64,000 bases of DNA. Origin: Nitrospirota bacterium. Lineage in GTDB: Bacteria; Nitrospirota; UBA9217. Each line of letters opens with the position of its first letter. Within the stretch, counting starts at the first letter, position 1. The stretch is from positions 144,949-208,948 of the forward strand of contig CAVWHO010000017.1 in NCBI GenBank assembly GCA_963754875.1, read 5' to 3'. Under the pieces are notes generated by a model. It saw only the letters and a program-made list of their open reading frames with translations. It was not told the origin of the DNA and ran no database searches. A program made the position numbers and the translations under genes. This document shows, in pieces, positions 9,274 through 18,812 of this stretch.

Positions 9274-10383
9274 GTGCTCGATCCAGTTAAAGTGGCCATG
9301 GGAGATCCGTATTTTTTCAGGGATGCACCCGTGTCCATCTGGGTGGAAGATTTTTCAGAGGTGAGGTCCCATTATCAGTCTTTAAGGAAGCAGGGCGTCC
9401 GGGATATGAGGACGTACTTTGCGCAACATCCCGAAGAAATCGTTTTGCTCGCAGGGAAAGTGAAAATCATTGATGTAAACAACGCCACACTTCGTCTCTA
9501 TCAGGCCCTCAGTAAAAAGGATTTTTTCAAGGGCTTGAAACAGATCTTCGGCAAGTCCTCTTATGAAACCTTCAAGGAAGGGCTTATCGCGCTGGCCGAA
9601 GGCAGAAGGGAGTTCGCGAGAGAGTGCGTGAACCTCACGATGAAAAAAGAGGGGCTCAACGTTTTTCTGCAATGGTTTGTTCCCGCCGATTACGAGAATA
9701 CCTGGTCCCGCGTCATTGTCTACGTCAGCGACATCACCGCTCTCAAGACAAGAGAGACCGAACTTCTGTACTCAGAGGAGAAGTATCGCAGGCTCTTTGA
9801 GTCCATCAATGAGGCCGTCTTCCTTGCCGACGTGGAGACCGGACTCGTTCTCGCGGTGAATAAGCGGGGCGGAGAGATTATCGGACTTCCATGCGACGAT
9901 ATCATCGGGATGCACTTTTCCCAGCTCCATCCTGCTGATCAAGCAGACTTCCACATGGCGATGTTTAAGAAACACGTTCAGGGGGACGTGACCATATCCG
10001 ATTGTGTTGAGGTCTATCGAGCAGACGGTGAAAGAATTCCAGTGTCGATAATCTCAAGTCCTCTGACAATAGGGGGGAAGAAATGCATTTCAGCTATATT
10101 CAGACAACAGCCTCAAAAAGATCTGACACCCGCCGCATCAGCAACGACCACTGCTTATACCGCGATGCTGTCGCCACGTGAATGTGAAATCGTAAGATCG
10201 ATTGCAGCAGGACTGAACAACCATCAGATGAGTAAAAAACATACTATCAGCGAGACAACGGTGAAGACCCACCGGACGAGGATCATGCAAAAACTGAAGC
10301 TGCATAAGACTGCAGAACTCGTACTGTTCGCAATAAAGTCAGGTCTGCTTGACGAAAAAATAATCCTCCAAAAAGTTCAGTGA
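9274..10383 (+). CDS. PAS-domain LuxR-family (GerE HTH) transcriptional regulator
   Basis: GTG 9274 after GAGGAG. PAS-like core (EEKYRRLFESINEAVFLADVETGLVLAVNKRGGEIIG) and C-terminal LSPRECEIVRSIAAGLNNHQMSKKHTISETTVKTHRTRIMQKL. Sits upstream of the EPS locus. Confidence 0.8.
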   Translation: MLDPVKVAMGDPYFFRDAPVSIWVEDFSEVRSHYQSLRKQGVRDMRTYFAQHPEEIVLLAGKVKIIDVNNATLRLYQALSKKDFFKGLKQIFGKSSYETFKEGLIALAEGRREFARECVNLTMKKEGLNVFLQWFVPADYENTWSRVIVYVSDITALKTRETELLYSEEKYRRLFESINEAVFLADVETGLVLAVNKRGGEIIGLPCDDIIGMHFSQLHPADQADFHMAMFKKHVQGDVTISDCVEVYRADGERIPVSIISSPLTIGGKKCISAIFRQQPQKDLTPAASATTTAYTAMLSPRECEIVRSIAAGLNNHQMSKKHTISETTVKTHRTRIMQKLKLHKTAELVLFAIKSGLLDEKIILQKVQ

Positions 10384-10791
10384 ACCCTGCCTCTCTTATA
10401 TCATGAAACATCACTTCAGCAGCCATCAAAGCACGCACGCCCTACACCTTTAACCCGACAAAATCGGGTATAAGGTCTACAGGTATTTACTCCAAAAGGT
10501 CGATTGACAATGATCTATTTCTTAGCTAGCTTTAAAAAACAGTTTTTTGGATAACTCTCTCAATTCGTAAAAACATAAAATATCAGAATGCAAGCATATC
10601 GTGCATTCTATCTCTTTTGATACGGGCTTCCCGCTTATTTGGCGGAACAGCTCATAGCGTGTTCGCTTATGCTCATGTAAGTGAGTAGGCGGAGCGATGC
10701 TTGGAACGTTTACGAATCGATTATATTTCAGTCAGGGCTGATGTTCTCGATTTTACGTGCTTCATTAAGATTTTTATCGTCTCGCAAAAAT

Positions 10792-11526
10792 ATGATTAAT
10801 AAATTAATGAATAAGAATTATAACGCGATACTCATCTTTCTGTTAAGCTTGTTTCTGACTGCCTGCGCCGCTTCCGTGAGAAATCCACCAAGCGCTGCAT
10901 CCCCGTTAGAGCAAGAATTTTCTTCGCTTCAAACACCGGAGTACCAGGTCAGGGCGGGAGACCAGCTTGACATCAAATTCTTCTACAATCCCGAACTGAA
11001 CGAACAGGTCCTTGTTCGACCCGACGGCCGTATCTCCCTTCAGCTGGCGCACGAAATTATCGCAGCAGGACTCACTCCCGCCGAGTTGACAAGTGTGCTC
11101 ACCAAGAAATATGCTGCAGAACTTGATACCCCTGAGATCACGGTAATCGTCCGAGCCTTCGGCGGACAGCGGGTTTATGTCGACGGAGAGGTGAACAAAC
11201 CGGGCATCATCAACCTGAGTACCCCGATGACCGTTGTGCAATCGCTTGCCGAGGCCGGCGGTGTCAAGGACACGGCGAAAACGAGTGAGCTTGTGATCAT
11301 ACGGCGCGGTCCGGATAGCAAGCCAATCGCGCTTGTGATGAACATGGAAAAAGTTGTCGATGGCACGGATATGGGCCGTGACCTTTATCTCATGCCGAAT
11401 GACATTGTTTATGTGCCTAGATCCCGGATCGCTAACGTGAATCTGTGGATGGATCAATACATACGGAAGAACATTCCGATATCAATTGGCGCCGGCTATT
11501 ACTATAATTACACCCCCCACCCATAA
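10792..11526 (+). CDS. polysaccharide export protein, Wza/EpsE-like lipoprotein (SLBB domain)
   Basis: Lipoprotein signal MINKLMNKNYNAILIFLLSLFLTAC. GDQLDIKFFYNPELNEQVLVRPDGRISL and PGIINLSTPMTVVQSLAEAGG are export-protein motifs. Confidence 0.8.
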   Translation: MINKLMNKNYNAILIFLLSLFLTACAASVRNPPSAASPLEQEFSSLQTPEYQVRAGDQLDIKFFYNPELNEQVLVRPDGRISLQLAHEIIAAGLTPAELTSVLTKKYAAELDTPEITVIVRAFGGQRVYVDGEVNKPGIINLSTPMTVVQSLAEAGGVKDTAKTSELVIIRRGPDSKPIALVMNMEKVVDGTDMGRDLYLMPNDIVYVPRSRIANVNLWMDQYIRKNIPISIGAGYYYNYTPHP

Positions 11527-11542
11527 TATATTGGATAAATTT

Positions 11543-13012
11543 ATGATAAACCAAAAGCAAGATACTGGCAGTTTAAGAGACTTTCTCACTGTCCTATTTA
11601 AGCATCAAACAAGGATGCTCACCATCTTATTCGCAACGGTCGCAACAGTCACGATCGCTTCTTTCCTCATGTCGCCTCAGTATGAAGCCAAATCAAGCAT
11701 TCTGGTAAATGTCGGCAGAGAATATATCTACCGCCCCGACGCTGGCGGTCAGATGATTTCGATCAACCAGGAAGAGGCCGTAAATTCCGAAATCAATATA
11801 CTTCTGAGCCGGGACTTGATAGAAAGCGTCATTACTACCTTGCAAGTTAAGAATCTCTATCCGGATTTGAGCAAAGAATCCTTCTCTTTGCTGCCAGCTA
11901 CGGGGAATGGTATAAAGATGACCCCTTTACAAGCAGCCGTAATGAGATTTGAAAAAAAGCTAACCGCGGAAGTGGTTAGAAAATCGAGTGTTATCGAGGT
12001 CACTTTTCAGCATAAGGACCCGGAGATCGCGGCCAAGGCTCTCAATCTGCTCGTTGAATTGTACAAGGGAAAACACTTTCAAGTCCACACCGGTGCACAG
12101 TCCTCCTTCCTGGAACAACAACTATCCGATCACGAAATAAAACTGAAACAATCGGAAACCAAGTTGGAACAATTCAAACAAAAAAATCGCGTTTATTCCC
12201 TTGAAGAACAGAGGAGCCTTCTGCTTAAACAGCGAATGGAGCTGGACACGGATTTTAAAAACACTAACAACCGTATTGCGGAACTTCAAAAAAAGTTATC
12301 TTCTCTGGAATCACAAATGAAGGTAATTGCTAATGATAAAAGCCGATACACCCAGACCGAGCGGGACAAAATCATCATTGAAGCAAAATCAAAACTTCTC
12401 GATCTCCAGCTGAAAGAACAGGGGCTCCTGCAGAAATATAAAGAAAAGAACCGTTTGGTCGTGAATGTCCACAAGGAACTAGAACTCGTTAAGGATTTTC
12501 TCAAGCAGCAAGAGGTGGCTATCACCAGCAAGGTGAACACAGGAAACGCTGTCTACCAGGAAGCGGAGCGGTCGATTCTCCAAACAAAGGCAGACCTTGA
12601 CTCTCTAGAGGCGAAAGACAGTGCGCTCAGACGCCAGCTGGCACAAGTCGATGGAGAGATTCAATCCTTGGACCTCAATGAAAAAATGAACCAGGAATTG
12701 AAACGAGAAGTTGCGACTAATGACAAGAATTACAGAACGTATCTTGATAGACTCGAAGAAGCCCGCATTTCGGATGATATGAATCTGCAACGGATGTCGA
12801 ATGTCAGCATAATCCAGGCAGCCACAGTCTCCGCAAAACCGATCAAACCGAAGAAGGCGTTGAATATCCTGCTGGGAATCATCCTTGGTACAGTTTCGGG
12901 TTTTGGCTATGCATTTTTCTCGGAGTATTTATCTCAAGGACTCTCTACTCCTGAAAGCGTGGAAAAAAGACTGGGGTTGCCTGTTTTGACGACCATTTCT
13001 TATAAAAAATGA
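11543..13012 (+). CDS. polysaccharide chain-length determinant (Wzz/GumC/EpsF-like) with two TM segments and long coiled-coil periplasmic domain
   Basis: N-terminal TM (LTILFATVATVTIASFLM), long coiled coil, C-terminal TM (ILLGIILGTVSGFGYAFF). Confidence 0.75.
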   Translation: MINQKQDTGSLRDFLTVLFKHQTRMLTILFATVATVTIASFLMSPQYEAKSSILVNVGREYIYRPDAGGQMISINQEEAVNSEINILLSRDLIESVITTLQVKNLYPDLSKESFSLLPATGNGIKMTPLQAAVMRFEKKLTAEVVRKSSVIEVTFQHKDPEIAAKALNLLVELYKGKHFQVHTGAQSSFLEQQLSDHEIKLKQSETKLEQFKQKNRVYSLEEQRSLLLKQRMELDTDFKNTNNRIAELQKKLSSLESQMKVIANDKSRYTQTERDKIIIEAKSKLLDLQLKEQGLLQKYKEKNRLVVNVHKELELVKDFLKQQEVAITSKVNTGNAVYQEAERSILQTKADLDSLEAKDSALRRQLAQVDGEIQSLDLNEKMNQELKREVATNDKNYRTYLDRLEEARISDDMNLQRMSNVSIIQAATVSAKPIKPKKALNILLGIILGTVSGFGYAFFSEYLSQGLSTPESVEKRLGLPVLTTISYKK

Positions 13013-13192
13013 GGGCTGACGGCCGCTCGTCAAAAGGAATGCAATGTACCTCGAAAGCCTGAGATATCTAGGGTCAGCTTTCATGGGAACTGCACAAATT
13101 GGTCATGAAAAAGGACTCCGGTACCAAAAGCATCTGGAGCCCGGCAGAGCAGAAAATAGTCTTTCCCCCCGCATTCCATCCACAGAGGACAC

Positions 13193-13939
13193 ATGGGTAA
13201 GATATACGAAGCACTGAAACAAGCACAAAAAGAAAAGCAAGTAACCCTGACATCGTCTCTGGTCCCGGCACGACAGCAGTCTTTAAACGTGTCCGCGCCC
13301 GAATGGGAAGAGAGGGGACAGGAAAAAGCGCTGCACAGCCTCTACCAGCGTATTGATTCCCATATTTCCCAGGCTCGGGGAAAAGTGGTTCAGTTCATAG
13401 GCTCGCGGGCAGGAGAAGGCACCTCGACGATTGCATGCATGTTCGGGAGAATGACAGCGACTAATCTGAATAAATCGGTCTTGATCTTGGATGCCGACCA
13501 GCAGAATCCGAAACAACACATCTTATCGGGGATCACGCCCGAGTACGGCTGGGAGGATTTGCTGGAAAATGGTGGTGCCCTCGACAATGTTATTTATCAA
13601 GTGAATGAATCGAACCTCTATGTATGCCCCGTCTCTCCAAGCGCCGTCATAACCCACCATGTTTTTGATTCGCCAACGATTGTGGACCTGTGGAACATGT
13701 TGAAAGAACACTTCGATCTCGTCATTGTGGATTCCCCTCCGGCTACAGCGTCGCCCGACGGGATCGCGATCTCACGGCATGTGGACGGCGTCGTCCTGGT
13801 TCTAGAGGCTGAAAAAACCCGCTTGCCGGTGGCGGTCAAGGCCAAGGAAACCATCGAAAAGCACGGAGGGAAGCTCCTCGGCGTCGTCTTCAATAAGAGA
13901 CGGTACTATATCCCCGATTTTATCTATCGCAGGTTGTAG
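13193..13939 (+). CDS. BY-kinase-like P-loop ATPase (EpsG/CpsD-like chain-length regulator); Walker A reads GSRAGEGTST (Lys replaced by Thr)
   Basis: MGKIYEALKQAQKEK N-terminus, Walker A-like GEGTST, Walker B-like DLVIVDSPP. Confidence 0.7.
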   Translation: MGKIYEALKQAQKEKQVTLTSSLVPARQQSLNVSAPEWEERGQEKALHSLYQRIDSHISQARGKVVQFIGSRAGEGTSTIACMFGRMTATNLNKSVLILDADQQNPKQHILSGITPEYGWEDLLENGGALDNVIYQVNESNLYVCPVSPSAVITHHVFDSPTIVDLWNMLKEHFDLVIVDSPPATASPDGIAISRHVDGVVLVLEAEKTRLPVAVKAKETIEKHGGKLLGVVFNKRRYYIPDFIYRRL

Positions 13940-13995
13940 AAGACTTTCCAGCCTGCAGGTTAACCAGCTGGCAGGCTTACACGCTAATCCGCTTA

Positions 13996-15418
13996 CCTCT
14001 TAATTGTCAAATGTCAGGACATCGGTTACCCGTTTCTAATGGTCCGAAATGTCAAGACATCGGTTACCCAAGGCTGGTAACGGAGTCCTCAGGTAGTAAG
14101 TCTTCAGGCAATCGGTACTCGAAAGTATCGACAGTGTCGTTCCCGAGGTAGAGCTGCACTGAATGGATTTTCGTCACAATTTGTGCCCTTACGTAAGAGT
14201 ATACGAGGTCTTTTGATACCTCGAAGCGTTCACCGAAGATGTCGAGTTTCCGATCACTTCGAATGAACCGAATGACAGAAATACATCCATCCGGAATGAA
14301 GCTGAGGTCAGGCATCTTGGTATTCGATCCTACTGTTACCGGCGTAAAATTGTAGGCGGCCTGCCTCATCTCAAAAGGGGTTTTTCCCTTAAGGAAGCTG
14401 TAACGGTGATACTTGTTGTGAAACCGCTGGAAATTCTTGCTCTGCCGCTTCAGAACGGTATAGCTTGAAAACCATTGTCTGTGGTAGAACTTTTTGTCGT
14501 AGGTGTTGTTAAAATGCTCAACGACGCCGTTGCGCCACGGTTCGGCAATCGGGATAAAGACCGGATGGACACCATAGGCCAAGCAAAGCCGTATGACCAT
14601 TCCGAAAGATCGGGGGTAACGATTGCTGCCGCGGAAGTTCAGCGCATTGTCCATCTGGAGATAATCAGGAATCCCCATGGTCTTCCAGCAGCGTAAAAGC
14701 CCATGGCAGACGTGGGAATCCTCCTTTGTTCTTTGAGCCTCTATGTATACTTCACGGTCGAACAGATCGATAACGTTCATCGAATAGAATCTGCCGTCTC
14801 CTTTAATGTAACGCGGTCCTACCAGATCCATCTGGTGAATGTTGTTGCTGCACAGAGCTTCGATGAAGTAAGGGTATTCGACCCCTTTCGGTACATAGGC
14901 TGTTTTTTTTTACGAGCCCTTCGCGCTTCAGCACTCGGTTAATTGTACTATCCGAAGGGAACGGTAAATCCTGCTTCTTGAGTTCCCACTTGATGGCCGA
15001 GACACCGATCTGGGAATAGGGAGCAGCTACCAACTGTTGTCTGGTCGAAAGGATGCGCTCTTTTTCTTCCTGGTCGATCTCTGAGGGCCTTGTTTTGGGA
15101 GCCCGGGATTGTTCTTTGTACCAGTCTGGTGCTCCGGTCTGATAGCGGTTCAGCCATTTGAAGAACCACTTTTTGGATCGGTTCAAGCTGGTATAGACAT
15201 CCTTGGGTGATTCACCTCCTTGGATGTGTCTATTAATTGCGGTTTGTCTTAGTTCTTCTTCCATCAGTGCTCTCCTTTGACGATCTCGGATAAGGAGAGC
15301 ATGATAGCATTAAATGCAGACTAGGACACCGATGTCCTGATGTAAAAAAAATGACGTTTCGGGTAACCGATGTCTTGACACATCTGGGTAACCGATGTCC
15401 TGAAACTTGTCACTTAAT
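13996..15418 (-). mobile_element. IS481-like insertion sequence with multiple subterminal 20-bp repeats at both ends
   Basis: TGTCAGGACATCGGTTACCC (14011) and TGTCAAGACATCGGTTACCC (14051) are mirrored by GGGTAACCGATGTCTTGACA (15361) and GGGTAACCGATGTCCTGAAA (15386), plus a third partial copy at 15321. Outer IR TTAATTGTCA/TGTCACTTAA. Carries an HTH + rve transposase. Confidence 0.75.
14064..15264 (-). pseudogene. IS481-family DDE (rve) transposase split by a frameshift in a T9/A9 homopolymer (14903..14911)
   Basis: N-terminal HTH ORF (15264..14803) continues in another frame as ...KKTAYVPKGVEYPYFIEALCSNNIHQMDLVGPRY into the rve ORF. The third catalytic residue appears as DNALNF instead of DNGxEF. 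Confidence 0.7.
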
Positions 15419-15846
15419 AGCTAGTCAGCTTGCCCGTTTATCAGCAAGCAGGCTTAGAGGATAAGCCGCCTGCTCGTATGTGCACCGAACCAAGACCTAC
15501 AAGGAACCGATAGTCTGGCAAAGGATTGATGAACTCGCCATTGAAGGATATAAGGCAACCAAAAAATCTCAAAAGAAGAGATGCACGGATTTACCTCGTA
15601 CGCAAATGCAACTCTTTCAATTCTAACGAATATGATTTGGGTACGTTAGAAAAAGGAGACAGGGAATTTGCATGATTTGTGAACGTATCAATCGAGTCAG
15701 TGGCCGAGACGAAATATCTGCTCAATTCTGCGGCGAAATTTAGATATTTCAAAGAGTAAGAATAGGAGAAGAAAGAGGAACTGAAAAAAGTCAGCAAAAT
15801 ACTGTGAAACTTTTCGATTTCGCGCCTACCTGTTGGTGAAAAAATT

Positions 15847-17283
15847 ATGACACCTCCCCGCAGAAAAATACTTTTTCAGTCAATGAAACTCTTTGATCTC
15901 CTGAACATGATCATTTGCTTTATTTTTGCTGCGTCAATCGAATCGAGCAGTGAACATGTTTCGTTGGAGGAGTTCCTTTCCGTGCGCATCAAGCTGGCGA
16001 ACGTAGTGCTTTTTTCCGGTTTTGTCTTCCTGTGGTATTACACCCTGTTTTGGTTCGGGTCTTATGTATCGCAACGGCTCGCCTCTCTCAAGAGCGTAGT
16101 CGCCGATATCGTAAAGGCCACATCTGTAGGGACCATTATCCTCATGGTTTTTGCGATGCTGTTTCATATCACAATGGCCAGCAAAAGCTTCCTCGTTTTT
16201 TTCTGGCTTAGCGTCACAATTATCGCTATTGTGAGCAGGCTCATTCTCAAGCTTGTGTTGGAGAGGATCAGGCTTCGTGGAAGAAACCAGCGGAATATCA
16301 TCGTCGTCGGGACCAATGCACGGGCCATGCGTTTCGCGAGGTGGATGGAAACGAACAACGAGCTCGGTTACCGTCTCGTCGGTTTTGCAGACGATGATTG
16401 GCCTCAGATTCAAAAAGCTCGACAGGCCGGCTATGTCGTTGTGAGCGGCTTAAAGGAATTTCCATCCTATTTGAGAAAGAACATTGTCGACGAAGTGATG
16501 ATCTGCCTTCCTGTGAAGTCATTTTACCAAGACGCCTCGGGCATAATCTCCGCCTGTGAAGAGCAGGGCATCATCGTGAGATTTTTTTCGGACTTGTTTG
16601 ATCACAAGATTGCCCATACCCTAACCACAACCTATGATGACGAATCGATCGTCACGTTGTTCACCGGGAGCATGGTTGGCGGCTGCGTCCTCATCAAACG
16701 CGCCATGGACATCCTCCTTTCCCTTGTCATCATTATTACACTCTTGCCTCTCTATCTGGTCACTGCTCTCCTGATCAAGCTCACTTCACCCGGACCCGTC
16801 TTCTTTGTTCAGGAACGATTGGGTCTTCATAAGCGGAGGATAAGAGTCTTCAAATTTCGCACAATGGTGCAAGATGCAGAAAAAAAACAGGCTGAGTTGG
16901 AACATCTTAACGAGGTGAGCGGTCCGGTATTCAAGATCAAACATGACCCTCGTGTAACTCCTGTAGGGAAATTATTGAGAAAGTCCAGTATTGATGAACT
17001 TCCGCAGCTTTTTAATGTATTGAGAGGGGATATGAGCCTTGTTGGTCCCAGGCCGATGGCTGTGAGGGACTATAATGGCTTTGACCAGGATTGGCACCGC
17101 CGTCGCTTCAGCGTAAGGCCAGGCATCACCTGTCTCTGGCAGATCAGCGGAAGGAGTGATCTATGCTTCGAAAAATGGATGGAGCTGGATATGCACTATA
17201 TCGACAACTGGTCATTGTGGCTTGATCTGAAGATATTGCTGGGGACAATTCCTGCTGTGTTGAAGGGAAGCGGGGCAGAGTAA
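15847..17283 (+). CDS. polyprenyl-phosphate sugar phosphotransferase (WbaP/EpsB-type priming glycosyltransferase)
   Basis: Multi-TM N-terminus and C-terminal bacterial sugar transferase domain with DELPQLFNVLRGDMSLVGPRP. Confidence 0.85.
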   Translation: MTPPRRKILFQSMKLFDLLNMIICFIFAASIESSSEHVSLEEFLSVRIKLANVVLFSGFVFLWYYTLFWFGSYVSQRLASLKSVVADIVKATSVGTIILMVFAMLFHITMASKSFLVFFWLSVTIIAIVSRLILKLVLERIRLRGRNQRNIIVVGTNARAMRFARWMETNNELGYRLVGFADDDWPQIQKARQAGYVVVSGLKEFPSYLRKNIVDEVMICLPVKSFYQDASGIISACEEQGIIVRFFSDLFDHKIAHTLTTTYDDESIVTLFTGSMVGGCVLIKRAMDILLSLVIIITLLPLYLVTALLIKLTSPGPVFFVQERLGLHKRRIRVFKFRTMVQDAEKKQAELEHLNEVSGPVFKIKHDPRVTPVGKLLRKSSIDELPQLFNVLRGDMSLVGPRPMAVRDYNGFDQDWHRRRFSVRPGITCLWQISGRSDLCFEKWMELDMHYIDNWSLWLDLKILLGTIPAVLKGSGAE

Positions 17284-17481
17284 GTGGTCTGCCGTCTGGC
17301 AGCTTGAATTCTTGACAGTTTTTTAATTTGCAGTTTGCTTAAGACAATACTGGCTTTGCTGAAAGGATCGGGAGCAGGTTAAGGTCGGATCGGTCGAAGT
17401 AATGCATTACCGCTGTGGATATGATGATCGAGAGACACGAGGCCGCAGTTTTATTCCTTGAAGAGGAGTTAGATTTATAAC

Positions 17482-18810
17482 ATGTTCACCGAACGACTTG
17501 AAATGAAAACGGCATTGGCAAGCGTCGTCTTTTTCGCCCTAGTATTTTTTTTTAGCGATCATTATTTGTACTACTCTCTCTTAGAAAATTACGACCTCTC
17601 GACTGATGTTTTTGAAAGCTTAACTCTGGAAGGAAATTTAGGAAGACGGCTAGCGTTTGTGGCGCTTGCTTTATTTGCGATTAGCAGTTTATTGGCCAAG
17701 AACCGCCACCGTCTTAAGATTCATGGGGCTCTCGGTTGGATGCTAGCATTATTCTTTCTGTGGTCCCTCATGAGCATTGCCTGGTCCATTGATCCAGGCT
17801 TGACCTTCCGCAGACTCGGGGTCTTCATTATTGTTTGCCTCAGTGCCGTCGCCACGGTCAGACTTATCCCGATCAGTTTTCTTCCATCTTTGGCCTTTTT
17901 CGTTACGGCCTCTTATCTACTGGTAGGACTGATCGTAGAGATAAGCTTGGGGACATTTAGACCAATATCAGAGGGATATCGTTTCGCCGGCACTCTCCAT
18001 CCAAACATGCAGGGCGTTAATTGCGCCATGATGTTACTTTCAGCTACAACCCTGGCTGGCAGTGGTAAAAGCCGAAAAGCCGTTTTTATCCTCGCTGCTT
18101 TTATCGGTTTGCTGGCTTTATGCCTCACCAAGTCCCGGACGGCCTTTGCCGCTATGTTTTTTGCCCTGACCGTGTTCAAAACATTAAGTGGTTCTGCATC
18201 AAAGTGTTTAAAAGTCATCTTGGGTATAATATGGATCTTCTGTTTTTCATATCTCCTCTGGGGAGATGATTTGATTTCGGTCTTGGGAAAATGGGTTTTT
18301 ATGGGGAGAGCGTCCGAAGGTCTGGATACGCTTGCCGGTCGTATGCAAATATATAAACTAAGTCTGGATTACATCGGCCAGCATCCATTTCACGGTTATG
18401 GGTTCGCTAGTTTTTGGGTGCCCCGTCACATCCGTGAGTTTTCGCAAGCGGTAGGAATAGGCATCAACGGCGCCCACTCCATCTATCTTGAACTTTTGCT
18501 CAATGTTGGACTAGTGGGTTGTATCACCTATGTTTTCATTCTCTTTCTAGGGGTTAAGGATGCATTAAGCTACTATAAAAACACTCAAGCTGCCGAATAT
18601 GGCTTTCTATTCATGCTGTTTGTTTTCTCTGTAATGCATGGGATGCTAGAAGGGGCACTAATTCAAGTGTCTTTCGGCTTGTTTCTGTTGATCTGTGGCT
18701 TCTTACACTTAGCCTTCGGGGCTGTGCCAGCAACCATGCAGTTTGAGGGCGAGCTACAAGATAAGAGGGCCGAGTCTTTACCCTTTCCACGGCAGACAAC
18801 ACCAGAATAA
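17482..18810 (+). CDS. O-antigen ligase/Wzy-like polysaccharide polymerase (multi-TM)
   Basis: 442 aa, about 10 predicted TM helices with large loop; position in EPS cluster. Confidence 0.6.
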   Translation: MFTERLEMKTALASVVFFALVFFFSDHYLYYSLLENYDLSTDVFESLTLEGNLGRRLAFVALALFAISSLLAKNRHRLKIHGALGWMLALFFLWSLMSIAWSIDPGLTFRRLGVFIIVCLSAVATVRLIPISFLPSLAFFVTASYLLVGLIVEISLGTFRPISEGYRFAGTLHPNMQGVNCAMMLLSATTLAGSGKSRKAVFILAAFIGLLALCLTKSRTAFAAMFFALTVFKTLSGSASKCLKVILGIIWIFCFSYLLWGDDLISVLGKWVFMGRASEGLDTLAGRMQIYKLSLDYIGQHPFHGYGFASFWVPRHIREFSQAVGIGINGAHSIYLELLLNVGLVGCITYVFILFLGVKDALSYYKNTQAAEYGFLFMLFVFSVMHGMLEGALIQVSFGLFLLICGFLHLAFGAVPATMQFEGELQDKRAESLPFPRQTTPE

Positions 18811-18812
18811 TC

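Noticed and set aside
9015-9290. 91-aa ORF upstream/overlapping PAS-LuxR start
   Set aside because: No RBS. Overlaps the regulator's SD/start and lies in AT-rich spacer.
10906-11457. 183-aa minus-strand ORF
   Set aside because: Antisense to the Wza-like export gene.
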